Assembly: GCA_050084515.1 (NCBI GenBank)
Contig: CM114271.1
Coordinates: forward strand, 496,001-560,000
Source of the DNA: Blasia pusilla
Lineage: Eukaryota
DNA length: 64,000 nucleotides
Direction: 5' to 3'
The stretch's first letter is position 1. Every line of letters begins with the position of its first letter. The position numbers and the translations under genes are program-made. Under the pieces are notes generated by a model that did not search any database, was not told the DNA's origin, and saw nothing but the letters and a program-made list of their open reading frames with translations. Positions 25,301 to 35,218 of the stretch are shown in pieces.

Positions 25301-26450
25301 CTGAAGCAAAACTGCTACGGTGCCGCAGGAGTAGTAGAGGAAGAAACCTGCCTGACGATAGAACTCTGCATCCTGCTCGCGTCTCTGTAACGAAATATAT
25401 TCAGAATTCTAACAATGTTCTTGAAATGCGAAGGATATACTCAGCTCTAAGCTGCAAGAAGTGAAAATAACAGGGAGCATCTTTGCTTTAATTGAATTAT
25501 TGCCAAGGTACAAGTGTCCCCGTGGCTAGATGGCTATCATAGCAGGCACAAGGAATCACAAAAGGTGTAGATCATAGGGCTCTCTCCTGGTCGTGGAGAA
25601 CTTTAACAGTAAAGTTCATCACCTCAATGAGATGGCCACTTAAACATCGTAGAGCATTTTCTCTTAATTCAGCGTGCTGCAATTCCTCGATGACTTCTGA
25701 CATGGCCATCGGGCGCTTCATGAAGTGCCCCTTGTGCCGACGACCTCCACGCTTGCGTGCTTTCACTTGCTGAGCCTCATCTGAAAACGGAATACGTCTT
25801 TCAAGTTAAACTTTATTATTAAACTTGAGGTTGCCAGAAAGGTAGGTAAATATGAGATTTAGCGCAGGCTACGCACATTTGAAGTTGTAGCTCCACCGTT
25901 CTGTGTGAGGCATCGTCTTGAAACTACTGAGTTAAACAAATCAGCATGAGACTTCAGACATATTTAATACGTGGAAAACCACTGGCAAGGCTATCTACGG
26001 TTACTTTCAAAGGTGAACTGCTTTCTGAGCTGCTGTTGTCTTGACAGACGTTCCTATAGCGCCATCCACAGTGTGATTCACATCTCCGTTGGAAACTCAG
26101 AAGCAGTAAAGGATAATGGTAAGAGGCATGCCTGCATCATCGGCGGCTTCTGCACATACAATTTCAGGGCAATCCGTATGTTCCACGTAGGAATCTGGCA
26201 CTTCCCACGAGTCTTTTGGCATCAAATAATCCCGTATCTCCTCTCGAAGGTCAAGGGAGTCTTGCTCATCCGGAGCTTTCTGGTCCGTAAGCCTGTGGCA
26301 ATCGTAGAGTTCCTCCACATCTTCTGGAAGCTCCACTCGTCCGCTGAATATACTCTCAGCACAATCCACAAGTTCAAGAATTCCCGGTAACTCGGCAGCC
26401 GTTCGATCGACTTTGAGCTCCTCTATGCATTCATGTGTCTGAGTAGCCAT
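22342..26450 (-). CDS. Rcd1/CAF40/CNOT9-like (CCR4-NOT subunit family) protein, divergent, 11 exons, ~468 aa
   Basis: In-frame exons: 26450-26132, 25780-25623, 25384-25301, 25142-25053, 24920-24878, 24475-24369, 24102-24007, 23496-23386, 23246-23158, 22877-22808, 22581-22342. All introns are GT-AG except intron 1 (GC-AG). Motifs are collinear with Rcd1: RENALRCLS, YSCGTVAVLLQEI, SKRLSNVLTLLQSIA, IPNYLVPF, YENVRSISLSVIG, GSELSKV, SPRLLFLVVRCY, LPEQLQDNTF. Confidence 0.88.
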
Positions 26451-27220
26451 TTCTGGGTGAAGAGCTTATCGTGTATACGCCTATGCCATCCTACAGTCTA
26501 TCTTCTCAACGTACTATTTAATCCGTTTCTTACGTAACTGTGTTCTAGCATCGAACCAAATTTCAGTTCCACATGTACTTGACGCAGTACGAAGTTCTTC
26601 CAGCGTTCAAGTTTTGCTGTCCGCTCTTACTGACTCAAAAAAGTTTTAGTTCATTCTTGGCAGACACAGAATTTGCCGACGGAATTTACTTCCAAAGACA
26701 TCCTGAAACCATTCACTACATGAGTTATGATTTTGACGAACCTAGTTATGAAGCGCTGGACATATGATGTGTAAGAAGTATCAGTATTAGATGCCTCGCT
26801 CCACAATGAAGATGGTTCACTCTAAAAAACTGTTTCTATTCCCACAGTGTGCGAATTCCTTGACACTACTCATCACGTGAATAGAAATCGTGTGCGCCAC
26901 AAATGTAGTCACCTGCAACGAAAGGTTTTCCCTCACGCAGCTCTACAAGGCAGGGCACGGTATGTCTTAAGTATCCATAGGTGGCGCCTGAGGATCCGAT
27001 AGCGTGCAAGGTTCCGACGATTTTAAAATGGCTACTCCTTCGCTTCAAAATTTTTCAAAAGTGACCGGACTCCTACACAGGTTTCAAATCATGGGCTCCA
27101 TCAGGTCGACCTCACTATTTGAACAGGAGCGTTCACGCTGCAAGCGGCAGCCGGGACTGCAGGGGCGTCTCAAACCCTGTAAGGAGTGACGTCAACTTCC
27201 ATAACTCACCGGAGACAAAA

Positions 27221-27477
27221 AGGCCACTCATTTCCTTCCGACGGGGAACAAATACGGGGAGAGAATAAATTTCAATTTAGTCCATTTATTGAGTAATAAT
27301 AATAATTTCTTAGAAAAAAAACATATTGTCCGAAAGAGGACAAAAATCTCGTTCGGAAGTCCCTAAAATTCGTCGTTTACAGAAACGTCAGCCGTGTGTA
27401 GGTACCCATTTCTTCAAACGGGGATTCGCCATTGCCACAACTCCCGGGGGCCTCCGAACTCCATAAGTGAGTGGGCC
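27221..27477. mobile_element. MITE-like element, copy 1 (TIR GGCCACTCA...TGAGTGGGCC)
   Basis: Short terminal inverted repeats. The body is an inverted, diverged homologue of 27483-27742. Confidence 0.6.
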
Positions 27478-27482
27478 TAATA

Positions 27483-27742
27483 GGGCCACTCAACTCTTGA
27501 GTTCAGAGGCCCCCGAGAGCTTTGGTTACGGCTAATCCCTTCTAAACAAACGGGTACCTAAATACATGTGCCATTTCTCTAAAGGGACGATGCGATTTTA
27601 TAGAGACTTTCAAAAGAGATTCTTGTCTTTGAATGATATGATTTTTTTAATTTTTTATAAATAATAGTAATTATTCAATAAAACCCCCCTGAACAATGTT
27701 TTCCTCCCCGAACTTCTTTCGTGGGGAAGAATTGAGTGGCCC
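27483..27742. mobile_element. MITE-like element, copy 2 (TIR GGGCCACTCA...TGAGTGGCCC), flanked by TAATA on both sides
   Basis: Perfect 10-bp TIR. TAATA lies at 27478-27482 and 27743-27747, giving a TSD of either TA or TAATA. Confidence 0.7.
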
Positions 27743-28379
27743 TAATAGGGGGTGTCAAAGATTAGGCTATGCGGAATTTCCTGGGTGAAGGTTTTAGACC
27801 CGGGACAAGCCTTGGTTTTCTTCCGAAAAAAGAGAGGGCACAATTTTACACTAAGCCGCATTAAAGGATCCGGAAGTACATCAGAACCACGAACCCATGT
27901 ATTTATGATTAGAAACTAGAGAGGAGCCGGAAATTTGTAATCTCTCGAGAATACCAAAATGGGAAGCTCAAAAGCTACCCATTTTCGAGCCGGGGAAAAG
28001 GCCGGTGGGGGAAGTCTGTGTGACAACAACTCCCGGATAGGGAGTTCACTCCTAATACAACCTCACCTCTTTGTTTCATTTGCTCTAGCTGCAATAAATC
28101 ACTTCTGGTTGCTGTTGTGGCCCTACGAAACGATGAGGATTAATAAAGGTAAGAATAATGATAGTGTGAAATCACTTTAAGTGGGTCACACGTACGTATA
28201 CTATGGTGACGTGGTATTCTATGGAAATAATTATTTCCCAAAAATTATTTAAGAATTCCTTGGAAAATGGAATTGAGAACATGGGAGGAATCTAGAATTG
28301 AGTTGATGAAAATATGATAGAAATTCCTTCTTTGAAAGAAGATTCTTCGGAAAATACATCATGGAAGAAAACTCCTCAT

Positions 28380-28905
28380 ATGATCATCAACATGGAGCAA
28401 AAACTTGGCATGAGGTTCAACAAGGAAAGAATAACCCCCAAAGCTCTATCTCCTTGGATATACCCCCTTTCCTTTTCCAAGTTCTTTCCATGGTAACCTA
28501 TGCTCGTAGGTCACCTCCTTGACGCTTGACCTATTGTAAGGGTGTCAATGACCACTTCCCAAAGTGGAAAATCAACTCTACTCATAATGATAACTTATCC
28601 GAAACAGTCAATTTCTCTATATAGCTCCAAATGAGCCAAAACGAAGGGAAAGTCTCCTCTCTCAGATTATATGAGGCCTCAACTGGTCATCCTCGACCTC
28701 TTGAGATTTCCCTCCTATATCCTCCAAGAGGCTATACTATAAACTTGTCGAGATATCCTAAAAGATGTGATAGTTGTCGTGCGCATATACAACACTACAC
28801 AAGATACATCGTAGTCATCAAATACATACACAAGCACACAAGATACCATACCAACTCATAACACCTAAACAATCGAGACAATCGAGCACCAAAATATCTC
28901 CAATT
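28380..28905 (-). mobile_element. Gypsy terminal repeats: LTR-end copy (B, 28775-28905) fused via 2 nt to an LTR start (A, 28772 down to ~28380)
   Basis: The minus strand reads ...gtatatgcgcacgaca-ac-tatcacatcttttagg.... This matches the end (gcacgaca) and the start (tgtcatgtcttttagg) of the solo LTR at 31142-31768. Confidence 0.75.
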
Positions 28906-29399
28906 TCCCCCCTACCTGGTCGTTAGGTCCCTCTAATCCTACCTACCATGACACACATCTCTAGGACACTAAGAGCAAAAAAGCCGGGTGCTTGTGTGGT
29001 CTGATCGTTAGTCACCTTCTTGTCATCCATGTCACGGAAATAAGTCTGAATCTATGACTAGCTAGTCTCTACTCTATGTACATCTTGGGCATATCCATTG
29101 TCCCCAAGGAACCCTAATGATAAAGAGGTGGCGTCAAACATACCATGTGTCACTCCCTTGAATATCCATCATAGACTACCAAAGTGGCTGCACCATGGGC
29201 AAACCCACATAACATACAATATAAGCATATAGGAACCACTACTAAGCTCAGATTAACTCTACTTTCAAAGTTAGGAAGGTGACATAACGCATAATTATAC
29301 ACATGGTTCTTCCAAACCATACCATTGTGTCCCTCCAATAAGAGAACACTAGCTAGATGGCAAGATATCACACACTCTCAAGATGGTGCGCCTTGCAGT

Positions 29400-31830
29400 C
29401 ACATTGAACATTTTAGGTGTCATTTGCTGCAAGTAGACATAGTCTGCTTGATGAAACCTCCAAATCTTTGGTCGATAACCACCTCCCCAAATAGTCGCAT
29501 ATCTCAAAGTATATATCCCGATGCTGCACAATCGCCAAGTTCTCATACGCCATGGGCATAACTCTCCGAAACAACTCTTCCCTCTAAGAATGTGCTAGCA
29601 TATATCCATATATTAGACGGTGAAGAGAGGTTTACTTGTGTAGAGACCGTTAATGTGTGGATATATACGAGCATGTTCAACACCACTCCAAGACCACTCC
29701 ATCCTTGTGAATATCTCAGCCACATGTCGCCTCCTTACCGACCTCTAGATCCAAGGGCTTTCCATTAGACCTCGCCATCAAAGTCTCAGTAGTATGACTC
29801 TCCATAGCCAAAAAGCACAAATAAGCCGACATGTGTCATTCTGACATCATCTCCTCATTGCTCTCTCCATGCCAACGAGCTCCCATCGCATCTCGTTGAC
29901 TTGGGCATGGATTATGGTTCAACCCATCTACATCCTGGTTGAGTATCCCAAATCGATGTACCACTTGGAAATCATATTTGTGCAACAATAAAGCCCACCA
30001 CCCAAACTTCCTTGTAAGCTTGTCGAACTCCATCAACCACTTAGGTGGTTGTTGGTCAGTAATTATTATGGTAAAGGGATTTGAATAAGAAACACTTGAA
30101 ATGTTCAATAGCCCACATTATAGCCAAGGACTCACCCTCGTACAAGCTATACTTTGCCTCTACACCGTTGTTCAAGCAAGTAGTATAAGCCACCACAAAC
30201 TCTCTATCCTCATCGCCATGCTCGATAAGCACTGCTCCAAGCCCCGTTCAGTCTATATGCAACTAGAAAGGATGTCCCCCCGATAGATTCCCTTAATATA
30301 GGAATAGATGTCAACCTCTCCTTAAGCATCTGAAGTGCTCACTCTTGCTCATCCATCCAGTGCCACTCCACCTTGGTCAACAAGGTTAGTGGTTTCGCAA
30401 TCAAACTGAAACCCTTGACATACGATCAATAGAAGTTCGCCAATCTTGGGAATACACAAATTTGACTCACATCTTTAGGGTGTGGAAGTGTAAGATAGCC
30501 TCTACCTTCGTCTATTGAACACCAAAGCCACCTAGGTATGTTGTATGAATCAAGTACTCAATATGCTTGTAGAAGAACTTGCACTTACCCCGATGTAACT
30601 TTAGCCCATGTAACTGTAATCATTGGAACACCTTCTCTAGATGTCGTTCATGATCCTCAATTATAATTAAAGACTACGTTGTCATCAATGTAGTCTTTAA
30701 TTTGCAAAATCTAGACCTTCCAAGATCATATCCAAGACCCTCTGAAACTCTACCGAGGGGTTGTTTAACCCATATGGTAAGAAGCACCATTGGTACAAAA
30801 AAATCCTTCCCGTGAGGATTTATGCCCAAAAATATTTTTTCTTCCTCTCCTCCAATCTGATAGGCAACTAATGGTATCCAACTCAGAGATCTAACAAACT
30901 AAAGAACTTTGGATGCCCAATAGCATTAAAGATCTCCTCAAGAGTGGGCATGGCATACTTATCAGACTTCGTGTGCCGATTGATAGGTTGGTAGTCTCCA
31001 CGCATCCGCCTATCTGTCCAGTTGCCATGCACGTCCTTCTTAGAGAGCATCTTAGTGGTAAATAAACTCTGCATGTGAGATCTCCATTAGTCGTGCTCCA
31101 ACCAAGTCTTTGATCTCACTCTAAATCAGAGCTCGCTCCATTGTCATGTCTTTTAGGATAGATCGGTGAGATCTAGTAGAGCGCCTTTGCGAGCAGTGGA
31201 GGACAGACTCAGGAGGTGGAGGATGACCTACTGAGGCCCAGGGAAACCTGAGAGAGCAAGTTTCCCCTTCGTTTCGGCTCATTTGGAGCCATATAAAGAA
31301 ACTTACTATTTTAGGAAGTGCCATTTTGAGTATATGATCAACTTTATATTTTTGTAAGTGGCCCTTGATCTCCTACATGAGGTCAAGAGCCAAGGAGGTG
31401 ACTTGGGATCATAGGTTACCATGGAGAGAACTTGGGAGAGGGGAGGGGTATACCTCAAGGAGAGAGAGTTTGAGAGCTCATTCTCTCTGTGTTGAACCTC
31501 TTGGCATGAGAAGGCGGAGCTATGGTCTTGCTTGCCTTGTGTGTGTAACCCAAGCCTCTCATTAGGAGAGTGGGTTTGGTTTGACATTGAGAGAGACATG
31601 TGAGAACTATGGTGTTGTGAAAGAGATTGTATCTTATTTGATTGGAGATATTTTGGTACTTCTTGTCTTGTTGTTTGGATGCCATGAGTTAGCATGGGAT
31701 CGTGCGTGTTTGTGTGTGTGTTTGGTGACAGCTATGTATGTTGTGCAGCGATGTGTTTGCGCACGACACCATATCATTGTGTGTGTAAGATGGTAGGAAG
31801 ATAAGCGTGTTGCTAGACAACTCAAACCAG
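29400..31830 (-). mobile_element. Ty3/gypsy pol remnant (RT-RNase H, degraded integrase N-terminus), interrupted by a solo LTR
   Basis: RT motif KKDVHGNWTDRRMRGDYQPINRHTKSDKYAMPTLEEIFNAIGHPKFFSLLDL (30883-31074). RNase H motif PFTIITDQQPPKWL...WALLLHKYDFQVVHR (29836-30108). Gypsy RT-RH order, with many stops and frameshifts. Confidence 0.88.
31142..31768 (+). mobile_element. Solo LTR (627 bp) with TG...CA ends and 4-bp TSD CCAT
   Basis: Termini TGTCATG...CACGACA form an imperfect inverted repeat. CCAT lies at 31138-31141 and 31769-31772. Removing the LTR rejoins the pol reading IFLPSYTHNDMERALI. Confidence 0.85.
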
Positions 31831-32482
31831 ATCCCTAGACCTTTAACGTACCCAAATCATGCATAATACATGCAAAGCAACTCCTATGACTCCTAAGGAG
31901 CTGATGTATCCAAAAAATATCTCATCCTCTCAACCTAGGGTCCACATTGTGATTATTGTAGGACTCTCTGGCTCAAGTATCCATGGTTGCTATGGTACAA
32001 CCCTATCTTGAACTGAAAAACTTGACCGCTCATCGATGTTGGATTCTACCAACTCTTATGTATGGTCATCCCAAACCAAGCCACAACCAGCATCCTTATA
32101 TGGATAGGAAGCGCGAAAACTGACAAATATGGGAAAGACTGCACGTCAATCATGTCGTACGCCTACTCTCTTTGAACGTAAATATTTAGTGTTGCGGAAG
32201 CGTGCGTTCAATATGACACCCTCTCAATGGTAATCTGCTCCCAAACACGTACTCACGTTAGTCGGGTGTGGATCAATTAACGCTCTAACTCTCTTAGTTC
32301 TCGACTCGGCCTCTCATCAAGCTCAACCTTCAACCCTCAATAGTAAAGGAAATGAGAAGGTTAATGACTTCGGTCTAGTTCCATCAGAACTTATCAATAA
32401 CTTTTCAAGACCTAACCATCAAGTTTGAAAATACTACATGGATCCAAGCAATCAATGCATGCAACATTTAACCAACTCAAAT

Positions 32483-33068
32483 ATCTTACGTCTTTTAGAA
32501 TATTTCAACAAGTTTTGGTAGAGCGCCTTAGAAAATATTGAAGGAGAGCCTCAAGAGGTTAAGGATGATCTATTGCGACCTAGGATAACTGGAGAGAGCA
32601 GGTTCCCCCTTTTCTAGCTCATTTGGAGCTATATAGAAAAACTTACTATTCGGGTCTGTTCTTGTTAAGAGTATAATTAACTTTCTACTTTGGTAAGTGG
32701 TCGTTGACTCCCTATACTAGGTCAAAAACCAATAAGGTGACCTACAACCATAGGTTACTATGGAGAGACAAGGGAGTATACCCAAGGGGAGAGAGTTTTA
32801 AAATTCATTCTCTCTTTGTTGAACCTCTTGGCATAAGGCAATGGAATTATGGTCCTCATTGACTTGTAAGTAATCCAAACCTTTCATTAGGAGAATGAGT
32901 TTGATTTGATATGAGAGAGATATGAGTTGTGGAAGAGATATTGCAAGACGTTTGAGATCTTTTGGTATTCGATTCTTTCGATGTTCTGATGATGTGAGTT
33001 AGTATGGTATCTTGTGTGTATTTTCGGATATAGATGTATATTGTGTATCAGTGTGTATGCGTACGACA
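32483..33068 (+). mobile_element. Diverged LTR copy of the same family
   Basis: Starts tcttacgtcttttagaa and ends gcgtacgaca. Collinear with 31142-31768. Confidence 0.8.
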
Positions 33069-35218
33069 AAGAGACACTATGATAGATACTTTTGTTCAAG
33101 TTATTGGAGTTCACATCTTAAATCATCAAATTATTGGAGATTGTTCACGTGCAATGATATAATAACTATTGGATCTAATTATGAAATTATTCACATTGTC
33201 AAATTTCTTTGGAGGAGACTTGAAAAAAAATCGTAATTCAATGATAAATTGTGTGCAAGTTAATAGAAAATTTAAATATCCACTGATGAAATGTATTTTG
33301 GATTGAAAACATATATCCTCCTTCTGGAGTTTTCATTGGTACAAATACCTCTACGAAGCACTATCATCCCATTGACACATATCAAGTTTAGGAGGAAAAA
33401 TACTCCTCTACTTTAACAAAAATCTTTGCTTTTTGAATTCCTTCTATAAATTTTTTTCCTTAAAATATTCCAATTCTGAAAAGGAAATAGGCATTTGATC
33501 ATTCTATTCCAAGGTTTAATTTTCTTTATAGCATACTCTTTAAAGTATGTTAACTCTTTTCCTTCAATTACATCATAAATGAAGTAAATGTTTGAGTCTT
33601 AAATAACCACATGTTACTTAATGATTCATACTATTTTCTTTCCATAAGGTTTAATATAAGATCTAATTTATCTTAGAAATGAGCTTTATTTTTGAAGGTT
33701 TCTCTTACATAGTTATTCCCCCATCCTAAATTGAAAAGAAAATTAGTGACATATCTTACAAAGATTATGCTTCTCCTTTTGGAATATGATTAACTATAAT
33801 CACCTTCTAAAAAATGTGCATATCCCTTTGAATGGATTCAAGAAAACTTATATTGCTTTTAGAATGCACTTCAATAATTTCTAGTATGACTTTGGAATTA
33901 TGTTGAGGTGGTTTTGGATAGCACATAGAAGATATACTTATCTTTATTTGGCCTAGAATATAACATTAATTTTATATATTGTAGTTTTCTTAAATTTTAC
34001 ACTTTGTATATCCTACATTGTTATACTCTCTAAGAGTTGTATCCCTTTCTTTCCTATAGGACTATCACTAAATGAGGGGTACTTTTTCCCTTAAATGGAT
34101 TTTTCCAACTCTAGCTATGATTCTTGAGTTAGACTTTTAAGTAGTATTTCTGATTTTCCCATCTCTCAAATCCATAATTTTTCTACTCACTCACTATGAC
34201 AATGGTGATGTTTGATAAGAGATCTATCTTATTACTCCCAATTACAAAATAACACTATTTTACCTTTCCTCTCTTCTAAGGGTTCAAATTTGAAATTTTC
34301 CTTTTGAGTTTTAGTTATGTTGATAATCACATTGTACCTGTCAAATTTTAATTATTCTCGTGAGTACATAAAATTTGAAAATGGATTTGTAATTACAATC
34401 AAAGTCACATTTTATTTTTACTCGTTCCTTCTATGAATTCCTATGGGAGTTTTCTTGGATTGTGAAAACCCAAGACATATTCTCATTTGATGATATTCTG
34501 ATTTGAATGTATAGCTATATATTCTAATTCCAATCAAAGTAACACAACACACATTTATATGTGTTTTTATAGATAATATAAGGAAAGATGAAGAAAAATA
34601 AATCATAAAGAATTAAATAAAAAGTTGAGGTGAGGTTTGTGACAAATAATTAAACAAATAAAGATTAAAAAAAAGCTGTGCAGGTTGATTGGCCCACAAC
34701 CAATCTTTACTTTTATTAGTGTCACACATCTTGCAGTTCTTACTAGAGACGTCGACACTTGGAAACTTTAATTAACACGAGCTTGCCATGTTTAGGGTCC
34801 ATGCATGCCTTTGGTCGGTCGAGGGTTTGTTTTGGAGGTCGATGCAATCATTGGATTACATATTTTAGAATAATGATGAGTAATTGAAATTATCCATCAT
34901 TACTAACCCATAAACAAGGGGAAGAATTAAATCTCCCACATATTTGCTAAACGATCACCAATAGCAAGGTACCCTTGTACATTATCTAAATGTCACCGAT
35001 GAAAAAATACGACATATCATAAAAGAACTTTAAAACATGCACACCGAAAATTAAAAGGGAGTAATCAAATTTTTGAAAGAATTAACGAAGTGATTGTTAT
35101 CACTAAGCATCTCAATTATACTGTACAGACTAATTGCTCGCCTATTAACAGATCTACTCTAGGTCGATGAACAAGTCAATGGCGCTGGACGGACGGAGCT
35201 CCGCCAAAACTGCCAGTT

